Assembly (NCBI GenBank): GCA_965213675.1
Contig: OZ243916.1
Coordinates: 736,001 to 800,000 of the forward strand
Length of the DNA: 64,000 nt
Direction: 5' to 3'
Source of the DNA: an uncultured Candidatus Binatia bacterium
GTDB lineage: Bacteria; Desulfobacterota; Binatia; UBA9968; JAJDTQ01
Position numbers and translations under genes: made by a program. This document shows, piece by piece, positions 8,505 to 17,439 of this stretch. The first letter of the stretch is position 1. The number at the start of each line of letters is the position of its first letter. The notes beneath the pieces were generated by a model that saw only the letters and a list, made by a program, of their open reading frames with translations, was not told where the DNA came from and made no database searches.

Positions 8505-10583
8505 ATGACAATTGAAGCTGGCCGGCTACGCAACGTTGGATTGCTGGGACACCGGGGGGTGGGCAAGACCTCGCTGGGCGAGGCGTTGCTGTTCGTTGCC
8601 GGCAGCACGAACCGGTTGGGACGGGTGGAGGACGGCAGCTCCGCATTCGACTACGAGCCCGAGGAAGTCCAGAGGCAGGTCTCCATTTCCACCGCCTTTC
8701 ATTCCCTGGAATGGCGCAAGACCACCTGTATTCTGGTGGACACCCCGGGTTTCGCCACGTTTCTTCCGGAGACCGTCCATTCGCTGCCGGCGTGCGGCAG
8801 CGCGGTGTTCGTTCTCCATGCCGGGGCCGGCTTGCGGGTGGAGGCGGAGCGGCTCTGGGGCCACGCCGCGGAACGCGAGCTTCCGCGCATGTTCTTCGTC
8901 AACCGCATGGACCGTGAGGAGTCCGATCCGGTGGAGGCGGTGGACGCCATTGCCGGCGGACTGGGGGCCAAGGCGGTCCATATACAGGTTCCCATCGGCC
9001 ATGGAGAGAACTTCCGCGGCGTCGTGGACCTGATCCGCATGAAGGCGGTGTGCAAGGAGGGGGAGGGCGAGGAAAGCGAGGGGGACATCCCCGCGGAGCT
9101 TCAGGAACGCGCCGAGGAGATGCGCGTCAAACTAATGGAGAACGTGGCGGAGACCCAGGACGAGCTGCTGGAGAAGTACCTGGAGGGCCAGGAGCTGACC
9201 GCGGACGAGATCTCCGACGGGCTGCGCGCCGGCGTCGATGCCGGGGTGTTGTGCCCGGTGTTGTACGGCTCGGCGACCCGGGGCATGGGCGTCGCGGCGT
9301 TGCTGGACGGCATGGTCGCATGGCTCCCGTCCCCGTTGGAAGAGGGCGCCGCCCAGGGCACGAATCCGGTGACGGGTGAGGAAGAGGCGCGCGACAAGAG
9401 CGCGGACGCCCCGTTCTCAGCATTTGTCTTCAAGACCATCGTGGACCCCTTCGCGGGTCGTCTTTCCATCATGCGGGTGCTCTCGGGGACGCTCACGGCC
9501 GACAGTACCGTCTACAACCCGGCCAAGGAATCCAGGGAGCGGATCGCCCATGTCTTCCGTCCGCAGGGGTCCAGGCAAGAGGAAGTCCCGGAGGCGGGTG
9601 TCGGCGAGATCGTCGCCGCCGCCAAACTCAAGGACGTGGCCTCTGGCGACACGCTGTGCGAGGAGTCCGCCCCCATCGCCTATCCCGGACTGGCGCCGTT
9701 CAACCCGTCCATCTCCTTCGCGCTGTCGCCCAAGTCCCGGGCCGATGAGGACAAGGTGCCGCAGGGGCTCCAGCGCATGATGGAAGAAGATCCGTCCATC
9801 ACCATGCACCGCGACGAGCAGACGCGCGAGTTCATCCTGTCGGGGACGGGTCAGCTCCACATCGAGGTAGTGGTGGACAAGCTCAAGCGGAAGTACGGCG
9901 CGGAGGTGGAATTGAAGGCGCCCAAGGTGCCCTACCGGGAAACCATCCGCGCCAGCGCCAACGCTCAGGGGAGGTACAAGAAACAGTCCGGCGGGCGCGG
10001 CCAGTACGGCGACACGTGGCTCAAGCTCGAGCCCTTGCCGCGCGGCAAGGGATTCGAGTTCGTCGACAAGATCGTGGGCGGCGCCATCCCGCGCAATTAC
10101 ATCCCCGCGGTGGAGAAGGGCATCGTCGAGACCATGTCCGGCGGTTACGTGGCGGGATTCCCCATCATGGACGTGCGCGCGACCCTCTACGATGGCTCGT
10201 TCCATTCGGTGGACTCGTCCGACATGGCCTTCAAGATCGCCGCTTCCATGGGCTTCAAGAACGCCATGGAGAGCGCCAAGCCGGTGATTCTCGAACCGGT
10301 CATGTCCATGGAGGTGTCGGTGCCCGACGAGTGCATGGGGGACGTCATCGGCGACCTCAACAGCCGCCGCGGCAAGGTCCTCGGCGTGGACGCCAAGGGG
10401 CACAGCCAGATCATCAAGGCGCAGGTGCCCATGGCCGAGGTGTTGCGCTACGCCTCGGACCTGCGCTCCATGACCAGCGGACGCGGCGAGTTTCAGTCGG
10501 AGTTCTCGCACTACGACGAACTGCCGGCGCATCTCATGGAAAAGGTCCAGGCCGACGCCAAGGCCGCGTCGGACGGGGACTAG
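8505..10583 (+). CDS. fusA: Elongation factor G paralog (EF-G2-like)
   Basis: Full EF-G architecture (DTPG, GQLH, KQSGGRGQYG, DGSFHSVDSS) but divergent G1/G2/G4 motifs (GHRGVGKT, RQVSI, NRMD); not in the str operon. Confidence 0.9.
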   Translation: MTIEAGRLRNVGLLGHRGVGKTSLGEALLFVAGSTNRLGRVEDGSSAFDYEPEEVQRQVSISTAFHSLEWRKTTCILVDTPGFATFLPETVHSLPACGSAVFVLHAGAGLRVEAERLWGHAAERELPRMFFVNRMDREESDPVEAVDAIAGGLGAKAVHIQVPIGHGENFRGVVDLIRMKAVCKEGEGEESEGDIPAELQERAEEMRVKLMENVAETQDELLEKYLEGQELTADEISDGLRAGVDAGVLCPVLYGSATRGMGVAALLDGMVAWLPSPLEEGAAQGTNPVTGEEEARDKSADAPFSAFVFKTIVDPFAGRLSIMRVLSGTLTADSTVYNPAKESRERIAHVFRPQGSRQEEVPEAGVGEIVAAAKLKDVASGDTLCEESAPIAYPGLAPFNPSISFALSPKSRADEDKVPQGLQRMMEEDPSITMHRDEQTREFILSGTGQLHIEVVVDKLKRKYGAEVELKAPKVPYRETIRASANAQGRYKKQSGGRGQYGDTWLKLEPLPRGKGFEFVDKIVGGAIPRNYIPAVEKGIVETMSGGYVAGFPIMDVRATLYDGSFHSVDSSDMAFKIAASMGFKNAMESAKPVILEPVMSMEVSVPDECMGDVIGDLNSRRGKVLGVDAKGHSQIIKAQVPMAEVLRYASDLRSMTSGRGEFQSEFSHYDELPAHLMEKVQADAKAASDGD

Positions 10584-10668
10584 CCGTCCTCGCGGCACGT
10601 TCCCGATAACGCGGAAAGCGACCGGCGGCCCACGCGCTTTCCCCTCGACGGCAAAGTCCCAGGGAGAC

Positions 10669-10884
10669 ATGGACAAGAGCTTCGAACAGTTGTCGGCGTC
10701 GTTGCTTTACTGCAACAAGTGCGGTCAGGCCATGCCGGTGCGCGAGCGCCTGCTGCTGGTGCTGCCTGACGGGGACCTCTACGACTACAGTTGCCAGCGT
10801 TGCGGCAACTCGGTGGGCTCCAGGACCGTCAAGTCCGAGCCCCGGTTGCCCGAGGGCGGGCCGCGCCTCGTGCGGGGACTCTGA
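10669..10884 (+). CDS. Small zinc-ribbon protein
   Basis: AGGGAG RBS; CNKC...CQRC pairs. Confidence 0.75.
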   Translation: MDKSFEQLSASLLYCNKCGQAMPVRERLLLVLPDGDLYDYSCQRCGNSVGSRTVKSEPRLPEGGPRLVRGL

Positions 10885-10906
10885 CGCAGGGCACTGGACG
10901 CGCGCC

Positions 10907-11923
10907 ATGATCATCGATTTTCAAAGCCACATCTTCCCTGAACGCTACATGGCGGCCATGGACCGGCGCGACGGCGCCGTGGTGCTGGAGGAGCCGGACC
11001 CCCACAGCGGCATGGCCTATCTCTACGACAAGACTCTCAAGTGCCGCATCAACACCGCCATCTTCAAGGGCCGCAACGTGGAGGAACGGCTGGAGCACAT
11101 GGACCGCCAGGGGGTGGACGTGCAGGTGGTGAGCATCCCCGCGCCCGGCGCCGACCGTTACGATCCGGAGGACGCCGTGGCGCTGGCGCGCGTGGCCAAC
11201 GACGAACTGGCGGCAATGTGCCGGCGCCATCCCGACCGCTTCGTCGGCCTGGCGACGCTGCCCTCCGCCTCCATCGAGGCTTCGTTGCAGGAACTGGAGC
11301 GGGCGGTGCAGGAATTGGGGTTGCGCGGGTTCGGCTGCTTCACCAATCTCAACGGCCGGCCCCTGGACGATGAAATATTCTTCCCCATTTACGAGAAGCT
11401 CGCGGACTACGAGTTGCCGGTCTACCTTCATCCCACCGCGCCGCTGGCCACCGAGGCGGTGGACCTCGACATCGTGCCCATCCTCATCTACGGTTGGGCC
11501 TTCGACAGCACCGTGGCCATGACCCGGCTGGTGTACGGCCGGGTGTTGGAACGCTTCCCGACCCTGCCCTTCGTGGTGGCGGACGTGGGCGGGGTGCTGG
11601 CCTTCTTCGGGCAGCGCGCCATCAACATCTACACCGGCCGCACCGACGAGATGCGCCAGCGTTACGGGCTCAAGGAGAATCCCCTGGACTCGTTCCGGCG
11701 CTTCTTCGTGGACACTGCGGATCATCCGGCCAACACGCTCCAATGCGTGCTGGACTTTTTCGGCCCCGAGCAGATGGTTTTCGGCACCAACTATCCCTAC
11801 GGGCCAGACGATGGCTGCGGCTTCATCCGCAACAGCCTCAAGGCCCTCGACGATCTGGGACTTGCGCCGGAAGCCAGGGAACGGATACTCGGCGGCAACG
11901 CTGCCCGGATTCTGCGCATCTGA
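10907..11923 (+). CDS. Amidohydrolase_2 family protein (ACMSD/decarboxylase-like)
   Basis: IDFQSH, NDELA, YLHP, FGTNYPY, GGNAARIL. Confidence 0.88.
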   Translation: MIIDFQSHIFPERYMAAMDRRDGAVVLEEPDPHSGMAYLYDKTLKCRINTAIFKGRNVEERLEHMDRQGVDVQVVSIPAPGADRYDPEDAVALARVANDELAAMCRRHPDRFVGLATLPSASIEASLQELERAVQELGLRGFGCFTNLNGRPLDDEIFFPIYEKLADYELPVYLHPTAPLATEAVDLDIVPILIYGWAFDSTVAMTRLVYGRVLERFPTLPFVVADVGGVLAFFGQRAINIYTGRTDEMRQRYGLKENPLDSFRRFFVDTADHPANTLQCVLDFFGPEQMVFGTNYPYGPDDGCGFIRNSLKALDDLGLAPEARERILGGNAARILRI

Positions 11924-12033
11924 CGCGCAAGCTCCGAGAGCGACCATGACTCGCGCGGACTCTTCTCCGTACCAGCAGGGCGGGACGGGAGATTTCCGCA
12001 TGGCGGGATCCGGAACACGGGAGAGCTTCGGTC

Positions 12034-13650
12034 ATGTCTCAAGACACCCATGAGATACATTACGGCAAGGCCGCGCGCGCGCTGGTCATGGGATCCCACG
12101 GCGTGGTGGCGGCGGGTCACCCGCTGGCGTCCGTCGCCGGACTCAGGATGATGCAGCAGGGCGGCAACGCCGTGGATGCCGCGGTGGCCGCGGGGTTCGT
12201 CCTGGCGGTGGTCAAGCACGAGGCCTGCGGCCTCGGCGGCGACCTGTTCTCGCTGGTCTACATGAAGGACGAGGGCACGGTCCGGGCGCTCAACGCCAGC
12301 GGCCCGGCCCCGGGCAACGCCACCATCGACGCCTTCAAGAGCCGCGGTCTTGACGCCATACCCACTTCGGGTCCCCTGAGCATTGCGGTGCCCGGAGCCG
12401 TGGACGGCTGGCTGGAGCTGCATCGCCGCTACGGCGCGGTGGACCTGGCCGACGTCTGCGCCGACGCCCTGACCCTCGCCCGCGACGGCTTCCCCCTGTA
12501 CCTTTCTCTGGCCGGCTCCATCGCGGACTGGGCGCCCTCGTGCCCCGACATCCATCGCGGTTTCCGCGCGCCGCTGCCAGACCTGACGCCCGGCAGGCTA
12601 CTGCGCCAGCCCGAACTGGCGGCCGTGCTGGAAGCCATTGTGCGCGACGGCCGGGACGGGTTCTACCGCGGCGGCGTGGCCGCGCGGATGTGCGCGGGCA
12701 TTCGCGCCCAGGGCGGCCTGTTGGAGGAGCGGGATCTGGACGGCCCGTTCGCCGAGTGGCTGGAACCCCTGAGCACCGACTACCGCGGCTATCAGATTCT
12801 GGAGCAGCCGCCGGTGTCCCAGGGGTTCGTGATTCTCACCATGATGAATCTCCTTGAGGGCTACGACTGCTCCAGCATGAGCCCCACCGAGCTGGCCCAC
12901 GTCATGGTAGAAGCCAAGAAGATCGCCTTCGAGGATCGCATCCGCCACCTGGACGATCCCCGCTTCGGCGACCCCGAGGTCGAGCGCCTCATCAGCAAGG
13001 AATACGCGGACGCGCGCCGCGCCGGCATCGGCGACAGCGCGGGACCGCTATCGTCCTCCAGCGCCATGACCGGGAGCGACACCACCTACCTGTGCGCGGC
13101 CGACGGCCAAGGCAACGTGGTTTCGCTCATCCAGAGCGTCTTCTCGGTCTTCGGCTCACGCGTGGTGGCGGGGGACACCGGCCTGGTCATGAACAACCGC
13201 CTGTGCAGCGCCCGGCTCGACCCCAGCGCCGCCAATGCGCTCCAGCCGGGCAAACGTCCCGCGCACACGCTCAACTCCTACATGGTGTTCCACAACGGCG
13301 GGTTCCTGGCCGTGGGCGGCACTCCCGGCGCCGACGACCAGCCCCAGACCAACGTTCAGGTGCTGCACAACTTCCTCGACCTGAAGATGGATCCCCAGTG
13401 CGCTCTGGAAGCGCCGCGCTGGAGTCATGTGCCGGGCACGCCGCCCAACGTCGGTTATCCCCAGAGCCTCCGACTGGAACAGGGATTTCCCGCGGAAGTG
13501 ATCGAAGGCCTGGCGGCCAAGGGACACCCCGTCACGGTGGTGGACCCGTGGTCCTTCGGCGGCGCCGCGCTCATTGCCCGGGACCCGCGCAACGGTGCCC
13601 TCATGGCGGCCGCGGACCCGCGCCGGGACGGCTACGCCGTGGGGTGGTAG
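12034..13650 (+). CDS. Gamma-glutamyltransferase-family Ntn hydrolase (no signal peptide)
   Basis: GGNAVDAA, VPGAVDGW, DTTY autoprocessing Thr, PGKRPAHTL, ADPRRDG. Confidence 0.92.
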   Translation: MSQDTHEIHYGKAARALVMGSHGVVAAGHPLASVAGLRMMQQGGNAVDAAVAAGFVLAVVKHEACGLGGDLFSLVYMKDEGTVRALNASGPAPGNATIDAFKSRGLDAIPTSGPLSIAVPGAVDGWLELHRRYGAVDLADVCADALTLARDGFPLYLSLAGSIADWAPSCPDIHRGFRAPLPDLTPGRLLRQPELAAVLEAIVRDGRDGFYRGGVAARMCAGIRAQGGLLEERDLDGPFAEWLEPLSTDYRGYQILEQPPVSQGFVILTMMNLLEGYDCSSMSPTELAHVMVEAKKIAFEDRIRHLDDPRFGDPEVERLISKEYADARRAGIGDSAGPLSSSSAMTGSDTTYLCAADGQGNVVSLIQSVFSVFGSRVVAGDTGLVMNNRLCSARLDPSAANALQPGKRPAHTLNSYMVFHNGGFLAVGGTPGADDQPQTNVQVLHNFLDLKMDPQCALEAPRWSHVPGTPPNVGYPQSLRLEQGFPAEVIEGLAAKGHPVTVVDPWSFGGAALIARDPRNGALMAAADPRRDGYAVGW

Positions 13651-13656
13651 GACATC

Positions 13657-14481
13657 ATGAACGACACGATTCATCATCGGACGCTTCGAGTCGGCGGCAT
13701 CGAGACCCATTACCTGGAAGCCGGGGAGGGGCCCGAGCTGGTGCTGCTCCACGGCGGCGAGTACGGCGCGTCGGCCGAGGCCACCTGGGGCACGGCCATG
13801 GCGAAACTGGCGCGAAACTTCCACGTGCTTGCCCCGGACATGCTGGGCTACGGCGGCACCGCCAAGATATACAGCTTTTCCGATCCCTCGGGGTTCCGCA
13901 TGGCGCACCTCGCCCAGTGGCTGGATGTGGTGGGCGCCGGCGAGGCCTTCTTCGCGGGCAACTCCGCCGGCGGCGGCACGCTGCTGCGAAGCGTGGTGCG
14001 GCAGCCGGCACCGCTGAAGATCAAGAAGATGGTGACCATCTGCGGCAACGCCGGGGTGTTCAAGAGCGACTTCCAGGCCGACCTGGAGGACTACACGCCG
14101 AGCCTGGAAAACATGCGCAAGCTCCTCAAGCTGCTGTTTCACGACGAAAAGTGGCTCACGCCCGAGTGCGTCGAGTCCCGCTACAACGACTCCATCGCGC
14201 CGGGGGCCTGGGAGGCCCTGTCCGCGGCCCGTTTGAAGCGTCCGGGCTACCAGCGCGGCTCCACCATCGACGCCTTCGTCAAGCAACTTTCCACGGTGAC
14301 CGTGCCGCTGCTCATCATGGCCTGCGACCACGACCCTCTCAACCAGCCCGACTGGGACGAACGGCTGCAGCGCATCGTGCCCGGCTCCACCGCGTTCCGG
14401 TTCCACCACTCCGCGCATGAGCCGCAGATCGAGGAACAGGACACGTTCGTCAAGATCGTGACGGATTTTCTGCTGGCTTGA
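13657..14481 (+). CDS. Alpha/beta fold hydrolase
   Basis: LLHGG, PDMLGYG, GNSAG nucleophile elbow, D...AHEPQIE. Confidence 0.9.
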   Translation: MNDTIHHRTLRVGGIETHYLEAGEGPELVLLHGGEYGASAEATWGTAMAKLARNFHVLAPDMLGYGGTAKIYSFSDPSGFRMAHLAQWLDVVGAGEAFFAGNSAGGGTLLRSVVRQPAPLKIKKMVTICGNAGVFKSDFQADLEDYTPSLENMRKLLKLLFHDEKWLTPECVESRYNDSIAPGAWEALSAARLKRPGYQRGSTIDAFVKQLSTVTVPLLIMACDHDPLNQPDWDERLQRIVPGSTAFRFHHSAHEPQIEEQDTFVKIVTDFLLA

Positions 14482-14692
14482 CACGGCCTCGGAGCTTGCG
14501 CCGCAAGAACTCGCGAAAGCGAAAATTCTTCCAAATCCTCCGCCTCCTCCATCGTTCGGGAGGAAACGCCGGATCGACCGCGATACGGTGGAACAGCAGG
14601 CGGACAGCATCGGACGCTGTCAACCCCATGGCGGCCAGCGACTGGGAGTGCGGATTGACAACGCGCGGCTCCGTCTGTTAACCCCGTGCAGC

Positions 14693-15169
14693 ATGGATTC
14701 CCGCGAAATCCGGCACGTGATGGGACACTTCGCCACCGGAGTCACCATCGTGACCACCAAGGACAAGGCCGGAGTTCCCACGGGGATTACCGCGAACGCT
14801 TTTTCCTCCCTCTCGCTGAACCCGCCACTGGTGCTGGTGTGCATCGACAAGAAGGCCAACTGTTACGAGTGTTTCGAAGACTCGAAGGTGTTCGCCGTCA
14901 ACCTGCTGGGCGAGCACCAGGAACAACTGGCCAACCGCTTCGCCACCAAGGGCATCGAGAAGTTCCAGGACACCGCCTGGCACATGAGCGCCAACGGTAT
15001 CCCGCTCCTCGACCACACCATCGGTTTCATTGAGTGCCGCGTCACCCAGGGCTACGACGGCGGCGATCACACCATCTACCTGGGCCATGTTCTCCACGCC
15101 GAAGCCGCGGGCGACCGCCCGCTACTCTTCTACAAGGGCAAGTACCAGAGACTTCCCGAAGAGGGGTGA
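14693..15169 (+). CDS. Flavin reductase-like protein (HpaC/DIM6 family)
   Basis: FATGVTIVTT, SLSLNPPLV, GGDH. Confidence 0.92.
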   Translation: MDSREIRHVMGHFATGVTIVTTKDKAGVPTGITANAFSSLSLNPPLVLVCIDKKANCYECFEDSKVFAVNLLGEHQEQLANRFATKGIEKFQDTAWHMSANGIPLLDHTIGFIECRVTQGYDGGDHTIYLGHVLHAEAAGDRPLLFYKGKYQRLPEEG

Positions 15170-15238
15170 ATGCCGCGGCGCGCCTGAAGGGACGCCTGAG
15201 CCGGCGCTTCGGGGGATCACGGCTTGCAGCCGTGTCCG

Positions 15239-16873
15239 TCAGCGCAGCTTCACCACGACATCGCGGGCGCCGGGGGAGACGGGGTTTCCTTCGTAGGCGC
15301 CGGCGGGTTCGCCGGGTTCCCGGGTGAGGGGGTCGCCGTCGCGGTCCAGGCGCGCGGTCACATTCACGGGGCCTTCGAAAGCCTTTCCCTGAAGCATCAC
15401 GTCCCGGGGACCCAGCGAGAACGACACGGGAAACGACGGCGCGGCGATGCGCTTGACCGCCAGGGGCGGGCCGCCCTGGGCGCCCGCCGGGCGGGCGATG
15501 ACGTACAGGACGGCGTTGGTTCCGGCGCCGGCGGACTGTCCGGCGGCCAGTTCCACAGCGCCTTCGATGCGCGCGCCCGCGGGCGCGCCTGCCGCGTCCG
15601 GCGCGGGCTCGCCCATCTGCGCGATGATGTCGCGGACGCCCTGGCGTTGTTCTCCATCCGGCAGAAGGCCTTCCAACCGCGTCAGAAGCTGGCGCGCGCC
15701 CGCAAGATCGCGCCCTTCCTGAAACAGCACCATGCCCTTGGCCCAAAGCGCCAGGGGGAAGTCCGGGGCGCGCGCCAGCGCCCGGTCCAGCGCCTCCAGC
15801 GCGGCGTCGGCATGGCCGGCCTGGGCCAGAATCATGCCCATGTAGGCGTTGGCTGTGGGGTGGCCGGGGTCCTGGCGCAACACGGCGCGGAAGGCCGGGA
15901 TGGCGGCCTTGAAGTCCTTGCGCTGGAACGCTTCCTGCCCCTGGCGCAGCGCCGCCGCCGGATCACTGGCGCCGGCCGGCGCGATGCCCCCCGGACCGGT
16001 GCCCGTGAGGAAGTCTCCGGTGATGCTGTCCTCCGGCGACGTGCGCTGGCGCAGCGACTGGCCCAGCAGGAGCCCCAGGGTCACGCCGCCCGCCAGCAGC
16101 AGGACGGCCCCGCCGGCCATCGTCCACGACCGCTTGTTCCACCGGGAGGGAGTGGCCCCGGTCATGTCCGGCTCCGGCGCGTCCGGCGGCGAAGGCGGCG
16201 CGGCGTCCTTCCGTTGCTCACGCAACCCTTCCACGGCCTGTCGTTCATAATGCAACCTCAGCGACGCGTAATCGTCGTCAGACAGCTTGCCCGCCTGATG
16301 GTCGAACTCCAGTTCCCGAAGGTCCCGGTAGACGGGCAGGCTCGCGGGCTCCAACGCGCTGGGCGCGTCCGCGCCGGCAGCCACGGCCGCCCGCACCTCT
16401 GCCAGAAGCTCCGGATCCGGGGTTCCCTGGGGCGCGCCGGCGCGCCGGCGGCTCCAGCGCCGCAGATACCAGCCGGCGCAGGCAAGACCGGCAATAAGCA
16501 CCACAAAGGGGAGTATCCAGACGGTGAGATTGAAGCCGTGGGCGGGAGGGGCGAGCAACACCCATTCGCCGTACTTGGAGACGAAATAGGCGCGCACCTC
16601 GTCCGGCGTCTTGCCGGCCTGAAGCTGCTCGCGCACGATGCCGCGCATCTGCACCGCCATCTCCGCCGGAGAGTCGGCCACGGAAAGGTTCTGGCACACC
16701 ACGCAGCGCAGTTCCGAAGCGATGACGCGCACCCGCTCCTCCAGCGCCTGATCGGCGTGGGTGTGCAGCACGAGCCCCAACAGCAGCGCGCCGGTGAACG
16801 CGGCCGCGCGTGGGGCGCGCCGGCGCGCAGGTTTTCGCACCGCCCTCCCGTTGTCTCCTGTAACCCGACTCAT
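15239..16873 (-). CDS. ccmH: Cytochrome c biogenesis CcmH-CcmI (TPR) fusion protein
   Basis: LRCVVCQN and YGEWVLLAP, then the LRELEFD..GKLS CcmI segment, TPRs and a C-terminal domain; ATG overlaps the ccmG stop. Confidence 0.88.
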   Translation of the reverse strand: MSRVTGDNGRAVRKPARRRAPRAAAFTGALLLGLVLHTHADQALEERVRVIASELRCVVCQNLSVADSPAEMAVQMRGIVREQLQAGKTPDEVRAYFVSKYGEWVLLAPPAHGFNLTVWILPFVVLIAGLACAGWYLRRWSRRRAGAPQGTPDPELLAEVRAAVAAGADAPSALEPASLPVYRDLRELEFDHQAGKLSDDDYASLRLHYERQAVEGLREQRKDAAPPSPPDAPEPDMTGATPSRWNKRSWTMAGGAVLLLAGGVTLGLLLGQSLRQRTSPEDSITGDFLTGTGPGGIAPAGASDPAAALRQGQEAFQRKDFKAAIPAFRAVLRQDPGHPTANAYMGMILAQAGHADAALEALDRALARAPDFPLALWAKGMVLFQEGRDLAGARQLLTRLEGLLPDGEQRQGVRDIIAQMGEPAPDAAGAPAGARIEGAVELAAGQSAGAGTNAVLYVIARPAGAQGGPPLAVKRIAAPSFPVSFSLGPRDVMLQGKAFEGPVNVTARLDRDGDPLTREPGEPAGAYEGNPVSPGARDVVVKLR

Positions 16874-17439
16874 CGTATGGTCTGATGCTCGCCGCGGCCG
16901 CTCTCGGCGCTGGCGCGGTCCTGGCGCGCTTCGGCGAGCTTGGCCGCCAGCACCGCCGGCGGAATGGCGCCCACATGCTTGTAGGTGATCCGTCCCGCGG
17001 GGCTCACGAAAAAGGCTTCGGGAATGCCCCAGACGCCGTAGTCCACCGCAATCTTGCCGTCCCGGTCCTGGCCGTTGGCGAAGGTGATGCCGAACTCTTC
17101 GATGAACTTGCGCGCGTCCGCCTCCTGGTCCTGGATGTTGATGCCGAGGAACACCACGTCCTCTCCCTGCCGCTTCCAGGCCGCCTCCAGATCCCGCGCC
17201 TCGGCCCGGCAGGGCAGGCACCAGGACGCCCAGAAGTCCAGCATCACGGTCTTGCCGCGCAGCTCGGACAGGCGCACTTCGTTGCCGTCGAACAGGGTCA
17301 GGGAGAAGTCCGGAGCCATGCCCCCCACCAACGGCGACGGGATGTAGCGCGGGTCGCGGTAGAAGCCGTAACCCAGCAGGATCACCAGGGCGCCCACGGC
17401 CATGAGCGTGAGCAGCACGCGCCGCGCCGCCGGGTTCAC
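16870..17439 (-). CDS. ccmG: CcmG/DsbE-type thiol:disulfide oxidoreductase
   Basis: FWASWCLPC, GIPE; GTG overlaps the ccmF stop. Confidence 0.9.
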   Translation of the reverse strand: MNPAARRVLLTLMAVGALVILLGYGFYRDPRYIPSPLVGGMAPDFSLTLFDGNEVRLSELRGKTVMLDFWASWCLPCRAEARDLEAAWKRQGEDVVFLGINIQDQEADARKFIEEFGITFANGQDRDGKIAVDYGVWGIPEAFFVSPAGRITYKHVGAIPPAVLAAKLAEARQDRASAESGRGEHQTIR

